Shown piece after piece: positions 42,117 through 57,160 of a stretch of 64,000 bases of DNA (positions are counted from its first letter, which is position 1; every line of letters begins with the position of its first letter). Under the pieces are notes generated by a model, which saw only the letters and a list, made by a program, of their open reading frames with translations, was not told the DNA's origin and did no database searches. Both the position numbers and the translations under genes were made by a program. This stretch comes from Eledone cirrhosa (lineage: Eukaryota), in the NCBI GenBank assembly GCA_964016885.1, contig OZ024740.1, positions 344,720,001 through 344,784,000 of the forward strand, given 5' to 3'.

Positions 42117-42816
42117 GCGATGGGAAAGAATGCTTCCGAGGACTACGAAGCGCGGTCAGTGCTCAAGAGAGAGACAATCCACATGATGGCAGACAGGCAG
42201 ATCAAATATAGAAAATAGTGGAAGAGGAAGAGGAGGAGGAGGATGACAGAGAGAAGTATGTTGGTGTACCTAAATGGCTGGAAGAAGAAATAAAATCCAT
42301 TGATGTACAAGAAACGTTTACACACGCATCATGACCCACATCAGTTCTCAAATCAGCCTATTGTTTCGCATGATTTAATTGAGAGTACCATTTCAAAATG
42401 TAGGATCGTGCAACATAAAAATAAATCTCTCTGCTGGCATGATGTGTGTGTAATGAAACAAAATGCTTAGATAGAAGGACGAAAGTAAACAAAGAAAATA
42501 AAATAATGAGATAGTGGACCTCAAGCTGTGGTGTCTGACCTAATTAAAAAATTAATCATAGCTATGGTAAAGTTATATTGAAAAGCAATGTTGTCTCTGA
42601 TCGAGACTAAGGGAGAATATATTTGTGCCTGCACACTACTTCTTGTCCTCTTTCAAACTTTTCCTTAGTTCATCTGCCTGTCACCCACCATGTGGATTGT
42701 CTCTATGTTGTGCATTGATCGCTGGTTTCCCTCCTATGGGCATTTTTTCCCATCGCTCTCTTTGACAGCATTTGGCTGTTCTAGAGATGAATTTTCTCAT
42801 ATATATATATATGAGA

Positions 42817-42874
<58 letters not shown>

Positions 42875-43085
42875 GTATTTATATCATGCAAATGTATGGC
42901 TTTTTTCATTCAACTCTATCGAAGAAAGAAATACAAGCCTAATCTAGCGGAAACAGACATAACATTAAAAGCATACTCTCTAAACACAACAGAGAGACAG
43001 TCAAACATATATACATGCACATACACTCAAACACACGCCTGTGAATGTGTTTGTGTCTATTTGTTGCTATATTTATATATGTATA

Positions 43086-43383
43086 CAATGGAACCTCGGT
43101 TCACAAACGTCTCTTATAACAAGCAAATCTGTTCATGAATAATTTTTCCAACCTAAATCATCTCGGCTGACGAATAGCAAGGAATATTCTAGCCGGCAAC
43201 AATGGTGGGTGACAAGCTGGTCGTATCGGTGAGAAAGCACTGTCTGCTGTATAGTTAGTTGCAATGACGATATATTTCTGTACTTTCACATATATTCTCT
43301 CTGTCATTGTATTTCTCTTTCAAAATTCCGCATGGGAAATATAAATTCGATTCAAGAACTTTTAGTGAACCGATGTTTCGCTG
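43086..43383. mobile_element. Tigger/pogo-like MITE
   Basis: TA|caatggaacctcggttcac ... gtgaaccgatgtttcgctg|TA: imperfect TIRs with TA TSD. Confidence 0.75.
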
Positions 43384-43596
43384 TATATATAATTAATTAT
43401 GCATGTACGTACTACCCATTGGAAATGCAGTGCTTGAACTTTTTAGGCATATGCTAACCGTTAGATTATCATGAGACCATTACATCATCTAAATATGACT
43501 GTCAACGGATGATGAGTCTTACCCTTTTTTATTGTACATATTGGATGACGTGATCAAATCATCTACAGAGGCGTCTTTCTTTCATGTGTAAATCTA

Positions 43597-43657
<61 letters not shown>

Positions 43658-46011
43658 TATATATATAGATATAGATATAGATATATTTACACGCAAAATT
43701 TCTCTCTCGCCCTCCCTTATATATATATATATACAAACGTAAAATTGCATTATATTCTTTTTATATATATAGACATACATAATGAATATAATTTGTCATG
43801 CAGAAACCCGCCTGAAACAGTTATCATTTCATAACAAATCGGTACTATTGTTAATTATGTAACACACGTACGCGGAAAACGGAGGAATATACCTCCGCTT
43901 TCCGTGTACATGTACATATATATATATTTATATATATATATATGTAATGAAAAATGGAAATGCCCTGAATTTTTCTGAAAGTATATATTACGTGATATAG
44001 CAGATTAGATCTATGACAGGCCACATTTCTTGATGATATTGGCATCATTCTGACATATCTATGCATGATCCTTTGTTTGTATTCTTTTATTCCCTTATTA
44101 TTTCACTTTTTAAAACTATTGGAACTTTGGTGTTCCATTTACATGGGCTTTATCGATCTTGTATATAAATATATATATATATATATATGTATACGACATA
44201 ATTCTACGCAGTTTCCCACTTACACGTAGTACGCACAAGACATTGGGAAATCGTGGGCTAAACTAAAATTGAATTGACAACGGTTTCAAACAGTAAGACT
44301 GAATCCCTAACAGCATGATTGAGAAGCACATTCCTCGTCTACACACACATGCCTGCTCCTATGCAGAATATATTTCATGTATGACATTGGTGAGGTAAGT
44401 TCGTCTCGTAGTGTTAAAATTACATGGATCATCACCGCATCACTTTTGTGTAGTCGGTTAATGTAATCGTTATGGTTGTTGCTGAATTGAAAGTTCACTC
44501 TATGTAACGTTACACGACACTCAAAGTGTGTCTGAGCTCATTAAATGCCATTCCAATACATTCTTTCGAACCAGCCGTTATATCAACATCTGAGGAAATT
44601 TCCAAGTTATGATAATACAGGTTTGATTATACATGGAAATAATTTCCGCTATAGTCCAGTCAGACGTTGTACATTAGGATGGCTCCCATTATGTACGACT
44701 TACATATTAGAGAGAGACCATCGACATAAATGTATTTAGAAGGAACATTATTCAGTTCAACTATTAAATAAATCATGTCAAGTAGAAATATCATTAAATC
44801 AGGTTGTTATTATAGACATCCCAAAAAGTTGTTTAGAAAATGACGTAATAGATTAAGGATACATAGATGCATCTTTAATGAGATCGGCTCATCAAAATAT
44901 TCCTTTCGAAGGATTTATAATGTCAAAACCATATTAGAGCATGAACCTACAATGGTGCTGAGGGTTAATCAATCATTATAATCCCATCAAAAGCAATAAA
45001 TAAATGCTGTGATTAAGCATTCATGAGTGATAGAGTTAAACATGATTTTTAAATAAAGAAAAACTGTCACACAATTCTATAAGTTTATTTTCTGACGAAA
45101 TAGTTTAATTATATAAAACCTTTTCAGGACATACTCATATTTGCTTCTCTATTTCTGCCTGCTCAACACTCTATATATTTTTGGATCCTTAGATTAAATG
45201 TTTTAAAGATTTTACATCTTATTTAATGTTTAACATTTTCTGCCTAGAATGGATTTTCAATATTTGCTGCAATATTTCTCAACGCTAGAGTTAACTAGTT
45301 GGATCTGTCGATTTGGACTTCCATAGTTTTGAGAGTAGAACATTGTTATATTACTGGTATCCAATTACGATGTATCTATGTATGTATGTATGTATGTATC
45401 TTATGTCAGGTCACCAGTACAACCTATCTCATGGTCGGGTCGTTGGCGACGAAACTGGCAACCCTACCAAGGTTTCTGGGTGAGGAGGGTGACTTTGGAC
45501 ATCCTGCAGGACTAAAAACACAACTTGTCAAAGGAAAAAGGAGCTCTTAAGAGTTAATGGCCATCCAAAATCACCGGGAGAGATGACCCCTTAGCCTTTG
45601 TCAAGGCAGAATTCTAGGAGAAGGAAAACTCTGATATAGCACCTGCAACTCTGATGGTATCCAATGATGTTGACTTGTTCTTCTTTTCGGTAAATATCAT
45701 CTTGGTTAAGAGAGTGGGACTGGCTTTGTGCAGTGCCTTTGCTCACTATAAAAGCTTCACGGCACAGGCATTGCTTTATATCTGGAGATCTCTCTGCACT
45801 TGTCCTCACATGGTACCATGGGCCCAGCACTACGTGTCAATAATTGTCACAAGTGTAGTGTTTGTACCAGAGTTTTCAAGTCGCTGGCTGGACTAAAATG
45901 TCACACTCGTTCAGCGCATCGGTAGGGGTTCTCCTACATGGATATAAAGTAGTGGCCGTACTCGAAAACGAGTTGGCAGCCACCATCTATGTATATATGT
46001 ATGCATGTATC

Positions 46012-46127
<116 letters not shown>

Positions 46128-46139
46128 TGTATGTATGTA

Positions 46140-46191
<52 letters not shown>

Positions 46192-46299
46192 TGTGTATGT
46201 ATATATGTATGTATGGATAGATGGATACACTCTATTTCTCTTCATTTGGGTTCACTTTTATTGGCCAACTTCCCGGTTACAATGTTATAAAAAAGGAAA

Positions 46300-47090
46300 T
46301 TGCCGTAGTCTATTGTCTAGTTGTTCATCCTTTGAATCGTATGCATGTTGTACAAATTATGAAGTTCCAAATATGAAGTTCCATTTGTTGCTCATGAATT
46401 AAGGAGCGACGTTGTTTCTCCACAAATCGAGGCTCAGCTATACTTTGTCCATGTGGGTTGACATATAATCTGTGGCTCCAAAAATGGTAGGTATGAAACT
46501 GAACTTGTATCTTGGATACTTGATTTGCAGACTCCTCATGAATGGTAGATATCTTCCCTCTCTTGCATTTTTCTAACCTCATTGACATCAAGTGGAAAGT
46601 TGATTTTTATAACAGAGCATGTTGTTAATGCGAGGTCCCACATATGAATATCAAACTGGTAATGCATTCAGTTGGTGGCAGCGCTTTTAGATTCCACCCT
46701 CATTCCTTTGAGTGATCAGTCCCAACATAATCCACCCTATTTTACTTTCGTCTGCAATAATGCCTTCTAGATCAATTTAGCTATCACATCGAGCCTCATG
46801 GGCAGGTAGCAAAGAGAAGACATTCTTTCATTTAAGATAACGTGGTTAACATCTTCGATCTTAGTTTTTCAAAGCCTTCATGTATTGCCTTCCTCTTTTG
46901 TGCAGTTAGTACTTGGTGGGGATTTCTTGTTCTTGGATTGCATAGAGATATCATTCAAGGCGGTATGTTACGAACTTGGAGCTCTACGTCAGGCTTTTAG
47001 CATGGCCTGTGTTTTTCCTTTCAAGTACCCATGTTTAATTTTCTTATTGAATTGGTCCATTTTTTGTATTTTGCTTGGACATTGAGTAGA
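46300..47090 (-). mobile_element. Decayed R4/Dong-clade non-LTR element, C-terminal zinc knuckle and RLE region
   Basis: Manual translation: LCAIQEQEIPTKY-like segment, IEDVNHVI, YLPMRLDVIAK, MRSLQIKYPRYKFSFIPTIFGA. Confidence 0.65.
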
Positions 47091-48989
47091 GACTTCTATT
47101 GTTCTTGGGAGAGAGATGTTTATCATTTTCTATTTCATATCACTCTTCTATATGTCTTTCTAAAAATATTATTATTTCTGGAATAAAATGGACAATCTAT
47201 TCTGCAATAGCAATCCAACTTTATCACTAACTGAAAATGCATCGCCTTGCAGCGTTTATTATTTTACTTTTCAACAATTTTTACGAATAAATTTTTCGGG
47301 AGGTATGTAAAATTGTGAATGCACTCTGACGTTCAATGAAACATTTGGACCCTATACATCAACGACCAACAAACCCAAAACGTTATGGTGACTGGTGGTT
47401 AGGAGCCGGATTAATCGAATTACAGCCTTCTGAAATAGGGTGAAACTAACAAAGCAGATAAGTATTTTCATGAAATCTATGGAATTTATAAAATATTGCA
47501 GCGTATGCGTTTAGCATTTCTCAATATAGAATGTCCAACCCTTTCGCGTGACAACACATGCTCAGACAACACGTAGCTAACGCTTCAAAAGTTGAATTAA
47601 TTAGGCTAGAACATTCTGGCTCTTCAAGCATACTCAACAGATGTTTCAGCAACGGATATTTCAACTATTTTGTTAAATTCTTTCAAGGAAAAGTACTTAA
47701 CAACCAAAGAGTTGCAAATATTTCCTTCGGAGAATCCATCACATTCGGACGCGACATAAACAAGCTTAAATCATGATTGCTAAGCGTGTATATTTTAATG
47801 GTTTTCTTACAATCCTGGATTGAAATATGTCATTTCTGGACTTGTAGTTATTTACTTAAATCTCAATAGCAAAATAATATTGCATGTATATAAAACATTC
47901 ATGTGTTCGAATGATGCAATATGGCAATGCGTATCTCTAACTTTCAGTAGATTTCCATTGATTAAAAGGGAACTGAAGAGTTTCCTAAACGCAATGTAAA
48001 TGCGTTCCCTTGAAAGATGAAAGTTTTCTTTCGAGTAATCTGAAGAAAAGTAATCATATCTCATAACACATTGGGCTCCTACCCCTCTAAAAAAACGAGA
48101 CATGTTATTACATTAAAGACATTGAGAGGATGGAAAGCTGTATCGAAATAACGTATGTTATTTATAAGTAAGAACAAACGTTGATATATAATGCAGTTTC
48201 AGTGATAATAAAGTTTATTTACAAAGAGTTAAGCTGCTTATCATTAATAGAAAAATAAAAAAAACAAATCTAGAGTCTTATAGGATGAGATGAGTGTCAT
48301 ATCGCCAGGCAGACTACTAAGTAAAAGAGACGGCTGATTTGCAGTGGAGATGACAAAAGCAAGAGAGAGGACATAATGCGCCGATGGACTATACAAAATA
48401 GCTTATACAATGACAAAATTCATTTTGCATGCATTTATGTGGAAATAGCTTAGGATATACAAAAATAGAGAAATACTATGGCATATGTTGGTTTGAAAAG
48501 GTTATGGCAAATATCAACAAAATGTTCTTTATCACCGTGAACAATAATATGACATTCTTTAAATTTATATTTTATTTTACCATTATTTTCAACCTTCTTT
48601 ATATACTTCGTTCATTCATTTGGTCTTTCTTACTGTCTTTCATTTTATCCTTTATATCGACTTGCCTTTGTATTTTGCATTCATTCATTCATTATTTTCG
48701 TTTCTTCTCGTTGTCTTATTCTTGTTAGAACTTATTTATTTCTGGCAGTCATTTGAAAATAAGTATTTAAACTCTTTATTCATTCTATCCTTTTGCTACC
48801 CTGAATATAGAGTAAGAAATAAAGGAAGATATAACGACATTGTTTAAATGTCAGTGTAATAAGACACTAAAGTGTAGAAATCTCTGTGAAAGAGAAAGAG
48901 AAAGATTATCATAGAAATAAAGGTAATAAAACAAAATGTTTTTACATAGCTAATGCCAAGCAGTGCGCAAATCCTATATATATATATAC

Positions 48990-49081
<92 letters not shown>

Positions 49082-49140
49082 TTTTGTGTGCGTGTATATG
49101 CACACATTTACACACAAACACACACATATATATATATATA

Positions 49141-49229
<89 letters not shown>

Positions 49230-49901
49230 AATATATATATATAAATATATATACATATATGCATGTAAACACATATCTGTATGTGATTGTAGTAACAAAA
49301 AAAGTAGGATAAAAGAGGGAGATAACTCATTGAGATGTTTAGAGGCACCTGCAAGAGACATCAAGATCGTTTGAAAGTTAAACGAAAATAAAGGCAATAC
49401 GAAACGCAATCTGTCTTTCCACGATATATGTATGTGTGTTTGTTTGGGTATTTTATATATATATATACACACACATACACACACACATATATATATATAA
49501 TGAGAGAGAGAGAGAGGGAGAGAGAGATAGAGAGAGAAATAGAGAGAGAAAGAGAGAGAGGGAGCTGGTATGAAAAAGGAAAACATAGAGAGTGAGTCGA
49601 TGCATTTTATATAGAGTGTGTGCGTATGTTCATATTTAATATATCGATGTCTCTATTTATAAATCTAGTTATCTATGTCTTCACATATCTATGCATGCCT
49701 CTGTATAAAACTAAGGAGCACCAGGGCCATTGCCGTCGCTGTCATCCTGGACAAGTTCACGACACCAACAGATGACGTTCCGATGTCAGTCCCTGTACTG
49801 CCTCATCTATCTCTCTATGTGTCTGTCTATTGATGCATTTATCTCCCCATGACTCTCTTTCTCTCTCTCTCTCTCTCTCACTCTACCCTATATTTCTCCC
49901 T

Positions 49902-49968
<67 letters not shown>

Positions 49969-50067
49969 TATGTGTATATATATATATGTACATATATATA
50001 TACATATATATATATATGTACATATATGCGCACATATATATATATATAAAAATATGTACATATATAT

Positions 50068-50098
<31 letters not shown>

Positions 50099-51475
50099 TG
50101 TGAGAGTGAGAGAGAGAAAGAGAAAGTGACAGATAGAAAGTGTTATACTATGTATGCATATATATATATATATATTAAAGGTAAGTGATGGGTAGTATTT
50201 GACACATTGGTCAACTATGACCTCTTGCTCACGTCATCTGCAGTTGACATAAGGAAAATCATTTTACTTTTCGCATTAACACTATTGAAAACTATCCAGA
50301 TATTTTCAGACATATTCTCTATAGTATTTTTTATATTACTTTTTACCAGTTTTTCTTTTTAATTTCGTACATTCTTTTTTTTTTTCGTAAATTTTCTCGA
50401 TTTTATTTATCGTACCTTTAAATTTTTCCAATCGGTTCAGTCTGAATATTATGAAATATTTTCACGTATTATTGATATCTTCCGAGCTCGCATGAAAGAC
50501 GTGCATCTTCGGAAACGGTAAATGAGAAATTGTGACATCAGTACTTTCCCTAGCATGTTATTTATTGAAACTGAGATGCATCTTGTTGCAGATTGCTCAT
50601 GGTAATTACGCACATTTGTATAATGTGAATAATATTTCATCTCATATAATTTAATTTTGCACAATGTTAAAAAAATACTAAAGGTAAGTCCTATACTGTA
50701 TATACATAAACATTGGTGGTTAATACTCTTATTTCGTTTCCCCTTTTCTTAGTGAGATGCTAGCATTTACCGCGAATGTGTTGGTTTGTTGGTTTCCTAT
50801 AACTAATAGAAAAGTATCAACTAATTGGGAACTGTTTCGGATATATTATTCATAGCATTTCAAAATTTCTTAATCATCTGAATTCATACCATTGCTCATA
50901 TTTATCTTAATTTACATTTTTTATTCAAGCTCTTTAAAAATGACACCTTCATAAGTCTTTTGATTTATACAAAATTCTTAAATACACATCCCTATTCACG
51001 TCATATACGACCGTAACATGTCCGTATCTGACATCTAACTTGCAAAAAACATCTGATATTTCCATACTATGAGTGTAATTACAGTCTGTGAAATATCTTT
51101 AAAATTTATGTTACCTTCTCTTCCAACAATAATCATGGAACTTTCTATCAAATGGGATATCGTTTCATGGGTCACGTAGTACATCCCTAACCTTATTTTC
51201 TTTAAACATATGTACATTAAATTAGGAGTGCCTATTGTAAAATAAATGCAGTTTTTTGTTTTTTTTGTGATTGTAATTCTTCTAGAATGAAACATTAAAA
51301 AGAATATATGAATTCGAGATCGTTCTTAACTAGCGAAAATTCAGAGTTTTCGAAAACGTAGTAAGATATAAGGATACAATATTCATAGCAATATATGTAT
51401 TAAATATGTTTATAGCTACAAACACATCCTTTCTTAGACTAGTATAGTTAACTTTCATTAATTAGTAATTACGAA

Positions 51476-51616
51476 GGGCGGTGAATTGGCAGTATAGTTA
51501 CGTCCCTTTACGATCTGAGTTCAAATCCCGCCGAGGTTGACTTTGCCTTTTATCCTTAAAATAAAGTACCAGTAATGCACTGAGTAATTGCTGGCCTTGT
51601 GCCTAAAGTAGAAACA
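51476..51616 (+). mobile_element. Nin-domain tRNA SINE, internally deleted, with 19-bp TSD
   Basis: TSD attaattagtaattacgaa at 51457-51475 and 51617-51635. Confidence 0.9.
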
Positions 51617-51789
51617 ATTAATTAGTAATTACGAATATATTATTGTAATAGCGTTGATTCAAGTGAAGACGGTATACATACAAAACATAATTTCTTGACA
51701 TAAGCAAAAGGATTAAATTAAAATCAACCACTGACAAAACGTAGGAGCGTTTGTACAATTGTACTTCTTATTCTAGAAGTCATATTAAT

Positions 51790-52020
51790 ATCAAAATAGA
51801 TCGGGGGTATTTTCCAAGTGGATTGCTTATCACGACGTTTTGTGCAATTGCCTCCATCCGGTAAAATTGAAAGGAATCAGTTGTTTCCTATTCATGGATG
51901 GGCTGATGTTATGTGGGAAGAATGAGAGAAAACTGGAGACGTTTGTCAGCTTAAGAAGAGTATTAATTGACGTCATAAAAGTAGACGTTGGTATTTCTAA
52001 ATGTGAAATCCTTGTGCCGA
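51790..52020 (+). mobile_element. Decayed R4/Dong-type RT fragment
   Basis: GISCFLFMDGLMLCGKNERKLE..DVGISKCEIL resembles HLLFMDDLKLYGKNE..EFGISKC. Confidence 0.65.
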
Positions 52021-52454
52021 ACAATATATCAGTGGTTCAGAATATTTTGGGTATACCTGTTCTGACATTAATATTTCAATTGTTTGATTTGTCACTAGAT
52101 GGGATAAGAGCTATTCATGTTAAAACCCCATAACATATAATTACTTGATCATTATATTTTATGTAAAAAATATTTGCATCCTAGATTGTCACATCACTGT
52201 GTTTCCTCAATTACAATAGTATCATTTAGTCATTATCAAACGTATATATCCACTAAATTACAATGACATTGCGCTATCTATTTCTCTCTCTCTCTCTCTC
52301 GCTCGCTCTGTCTCTCTCTCGCTCTCTCTCTCTCGCTCTCTCTATCACTCTCTCTCTCTCTCTCACTCTCTCTCTCTCTCTCTCTCTGTCTCCCCCACAC
52401 ACACTGTCTCTGTTTCACTCTCTATCTCTCTCTTTCCAAGCTGTTTGTGAAGAC

Positions 52455-52600
52455 ACGTGGCAGTGGTTAGAGCGTTGGATTCAACATCTTTAGGTTAAGA
52501 CCGATTCACGGACAGGGCAATGTATCCTTGACCAAATCACTATAATTTACAGTGCTCCAGTTCACTTGGCTGTAGTAATGAGTTGCGAAGTCTCTGGTAC
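52455..52600 (+). mobile_element. Diverged tRNA-derived SINE of a second family
   Basis: gtggcagtggttagagcgttgga A-box region, cgattc B-box remnant, tccttga.caa..cact core-like segment. Confidence 0.5.
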
Positions 52601-53062
52601 CAAGCTGTATCACATTTGCCTTTCCGCTGGACAACAGGTTTGGCGTGGAGAGGAAATCAGACACGCATGGGAGAATGATGGGTGTCCATAAAAACTCCTT
52701 TCCTGGGATTGTGCTTTGGGTGGGAACTTTCAAATTCCACGAGCGTTTCTGACCGAAGGCGTCATAGGATGCTGCTTGGATTACTGACCATGTTGACAAC
52801 ATTGTTATGAGAATAATAAGAAGGCAGGAAGTTATCAATTTGCCGTTTCGCAGACAAATATAGCACAAACTGGTTGTCACGCGACATTGCTACTCATTGT
52901 GAATATATATATATATATATATATATAAATATATATAAATATTTATATGTCTCTGTGTGTATGCTTGTGTTTGTGTTTTCACCCCCCCCCCCCCCCCCCC
53001 TCTCTCTCTCTATATATATATATATACGTGAGAAAAACCACAGACCCTCCATCTCAACTCTA

Positions 53063-53098
53063 CTTTTGAAAAGCAGAAGAACTGCGAAACCGGTAAAG
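53063..53098 (+). ncRNA. Minimal type I hammerhead, U3-A8 variant (copies 5470-5507 +, 12115-12150 -, 12231-12266 +, mutated 5357-5394 -)
   Basis: CTT-TTGAAAA-GCAG(AAGAA)CTGC-GAAA-CCGG-T-A-AAG; palindromic ACCGGT stem III. Confidence 0.75.
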
Positions 53099-53238
53099 GA
53101 ACCAAATAAATATATATATATATCTTTAAATAAGACTCCTATTGCATTTTCGATTTCATCTTTTTTTCTTTATACTTTCACTCGTGTAGCACACCTCGGT
53201 TAATTTTCATTCTGTAAAAAAAACCCTCACTTTCTAAT

Positions 53239-53321
<83 letters not shown>

Positions 53322-53762
53322 TATGTGTACACTTGTGTGTGAGTGGATGTGTGTGTGCATATGTTAATATATGTATACATATGTGTCTGTCTGGGAACCT
53401 AACTAGTTGAAAACGCCGACTTTGGAGAAATTTTTTAACATACATACAAGAACTGACGTATTCTTACACTATTAAGTCACGCTGGCTGAAAAGCAGAGGC
53501 TAGGTAATTATTATGAGTAGTTTTCAAGTAGCATCAGTTTACAGTCCTAGTTGATTTCTGAACGAATCAGAGAATATTAGAAAGTGATTTGTGAAAATGA
53601 CAAATACGTTTGCACGTAGTATTCCAATAATGAATGTTCTCTTACAGATTCCACAACGAATTCCTAACAATTGCCCCCAAACACACACTCACACACACCC
53701 GGCACCACTCACCATACACCACACAGACACACATACACACTAACACACATATATATATATGT

Positions 53763-53937
<175 letters not shown>

Positions 53938-54058
53938 GAAAGCAGAAAATTGCTTATTGTAATCCAGTTCCTGGTCGGTTTCCAACGTACGGTTAGGGGT
54001 AACTCCACAAGTTTGCAAGAATCTGGTTAGCAAATCCCGTTCAATCTTGGAGTATAAA

Positions 54059-54445
54059 CAATAAAAGAGAAAACACAGGTAAGCATTTAAAAAAGGATTT
54101 TATCCAGGTATTTACGACCATTTCATTGGGAAGCGCAACCTTATATCGTTATACTGCAAGTAGCAGCCAATCGATAATAACTGTTGCTGAAAATAATGAA
54201 TAAGTTACTTGTAAAAGGTTCTTAATATATAAAAAAAAACATTTTTGGGGAATCGTATTTACTAGTATAGAGAGACAGGAAGGGGGAGATGTTAGGAAGT
54301 ACAGGGACAAACGGTGATGGAGGGTTGGTTAAAGAGGGAAGGATTCCTCGATCGGTTTTGATTCGAAGACGTGATGTCGTCAATTTACAGTGTAGGGAGT
54401 TAAAGAGAATTAAATTGTTTATAGTGAGAGAGAGAGAGAGAGAGA

Positions 54446-54510
<65 letters not shown>

Positions 54511-55592
54511 ATATATATATAAAAAAGGGGGAAGAGAAAAAATAAGAAAAAAAAGAGGACAAAAAGAGAGAGAAGAAAAGACGAAAACGAAAAATGAACA
54601 AAGGAATGAAGGAGGAGAGAGGGACATGACTATTGGTTACTGTGGGTAATAAAAGGGGTTCGATTCAACAAGAGGGAAGAAAGTCCATGTGTATGCAGTT
54701 TGTCAGGTGGCAGTAGGAGGTTAAGGGTTCGATTTGTACATTTAGTGCGAAAACTGTTCTTGAAGTCTATGGCTGCAATAAATTGATCTTTCGATTTTAT
54801 TGTTGAGTAACTTATTCTTCGAACTCAAAATGTGGAACAGTTCAATTTCACAAAACCGACAACTTCTCAGACCACTCCGATATGGAGGCGCGTTCGATCA
54901 TTTCTCCCACTTCAGGGTGTATTGATGGTTACATTTCCTCAGTTGCCAGGTCTTGTTCGCAAGGGTAGTTACATAACGATGCTGGGATTGTTTAATTGCG
55001 AAACGATGTGTGTACCAACGAGCTTTAAATGTATTCCCAGTCGCTCCGATGTAATACCACTTCTGGTTGTCTGATTCGACCGTGCATTGGTAAACCAGGT
55101 TAGACTGCATACATTCATTATGCAATTGACAGGTTTCAGGTAGGTGGCAATTACAATTTTTGTCCTGGGCAACTTTGGCATTATTGGTGGGCTGCGATGC
55201 CTGTACATGTGTGTTACTATAAACAATTTAATTCTCTTTAACTCCCTACACTGTACATTAACGATATCAAGTCTACGAATCAAAACTGATCGAGGAAACC
55301 TTCCATTTTTATCCCTCCCTCTATCACCGTTTGTCCCTCTACTTCCTAACTCTTCTCTTCCTTCCTCTCTCTCTATATACTAATAAATACGATTCCCCAA
55401 AAATGTTTTTATATATTAAGAACCTAGTACAAGCAACTTATTCATTATTTTGAAAATTTAGAGGTGAGTAAGTTATTATCGATTGGCTGATATTTGCAGT
55501 ATAGCGATATAAGGTTGTGCTTACCAATGAAACGGTCGTAAATACCTGGATAAAATCCTTTTTTAATGCTTACCTGTGTTTTCTCTTTTATT

Positions 55593-55593
<1 letters not shown>
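54059..55593 (-). mobile_element. 5'-truncated Naiad-type PLE (GIY-YIG only) with inverted pLTRs
   Basis: 54898-55125 ECMQSNLVYQC..YYIGATGNTFKARWYTH, then PPY..CRFCEIE..LLN; 54059-54426 is the reverse complement of 55215-55593. Confidence 0.88.
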
Positions 55594-55650
<57 letters not shown>

Positions 55651-55716
55651 ATAAATGTAATCTGGGTTTTTCGAATATTAATAACATTCGATTCGTTTGC
55701 AATTATGCAAAGAAGC

Positions 55717-55756
<40 letters not shown>

Positions 55757-56556
55757 CGAGAGAGAGATTTGAGTTATCATATATGTGAATAGATATGAAA
55801 TCTAATATACATTTAAACGACTAAACATGTATGATCATATAAAAACTATATCGGTATGGAAATGACGTGACGCTGTTGTATAGATAGAAAATTAGAAAAG
55901 TACACTTTTTTATCATATATTTTAAATATAAGTTTGCTTTTTTTTTTTTTTTTGCATTTATAGTTCATGCCTTTACTCGTATACTTTCTCTGTTGCAAAT
56001 GTAATTAAAAGCGTATCCTAGTGTCTTCCGCGACATTGGTTTTGGAATTGTTTTTTCTAACTTCACACGGTGCAAAATATTTCAACCGTGAATAATATAC
56101 ATTTGTGAGAATGAGGTATGCAAAATAAATCAGGAAAATTTTAACGATTCCGGAAACTGATACATTTTTACATGAAATATACCATCATGATTAAAATAAG
56201 TATTTATACATAAATATTTTCATCCCAGGAAACCCTTTGGTTCTTTTATATATGAATACATACGCACACACACACACATGCCCTCACGCACACACACACA
56301 CAAGAAGAAAATGTAGTTATAGACGAAGAGAAAACAAGGCTAAATTGAACTCCTTACCTGAACACATGCTTATTATCTCTCTTAGGGGAAACACTTGCTC
56401 AATAAACTATTATTACTGGGTTAAATAGTCAACAGTTAGTGTTTGCAAGATAATTATGTTAATTTGTTTCTGTAAATACGTACATAGAAGAAGAAGAAGA
56501 AGAAGAAGAAGAAGAAGAAGAAGAAGAAGAAGAAGAAGAAGAAGAAGAAGAAGAAA

Positions 56557-56852
56557 ACAATACCAGTGGTTGTAGGCGCTCTGGGAATGATACCTAAGGG
56601 GTCTAATGATTACTTATCGCAAATCCCAGGAAACCCGCGTATAGGAGAAATACAAAAGATAGTACTAATGGGAACTGCCCATATACTAAGGAAGATTCTG
56701 TCAATATAAGTACATCACAAGTCTAAACACTAAAGATGCATGTGTGAGTATGTATGTTCTTTCTTGAACATGGCGGACCTTGTTTTCTCTTGAGGTCACT
56801 GGTTGTGACTTGGTGATAACTCGTATGAGCATAAAGCAAGATAAATGCAACT

Positions 56853-56854
<2 letters not shown>
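56557..56854 (+). mobile_element. R4/Dong-clade 3' end fragment running into (AAT)n
   Basis: TIPVVVGALGMIPKG..IQKIVLMGTAHILRKILSI-stop, then short 3' UTR and (AAT)n. Confidence 0.85.
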
Positions 56855-56898
<44 letters not shown>

Positions 56899-57160
56899 TA
56901 ATAATAATAATACTAATGTTTTCTTTATTAACCACAAGGGTTCACATAAAGTAGACATTAAGGACAGTAGAGGACAATACAGGACGGTACAAATGGGCAT
57001 TTCTGCGTGTAAAAAAACAGAGGTTGAAATAAAATAACAAAGAAAAATTCCCCAATAGGGGGGAGACTTCCAAGGGACATTTGTGGAGAAAGCCCATTAA
57101 AAGACCACAGTGGCCCTGACCACCAGGGCAAGTGCCCTCTCCCAGTTTTCCACCTTTAAT

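Noticed and set aside
47558-47776. 72-aa ORF and other short unique ORFs (10854-11081, 25107-25316, 44545-44739) as host exons
   Set aside because: No recognisable domain or convincing splice-site pair; cannot be supported without RNA or homology data.
54898-54900. In-frame TGA in the Naiad-type GIY-YIG fragment as a selenocysteine codon
   Set aside because: It aligns to a hydrophobic position (W-E-I-L in the 7 kb element), not a conserved Cys, and no SECIS was recognised; more likely a nonsense mutation.
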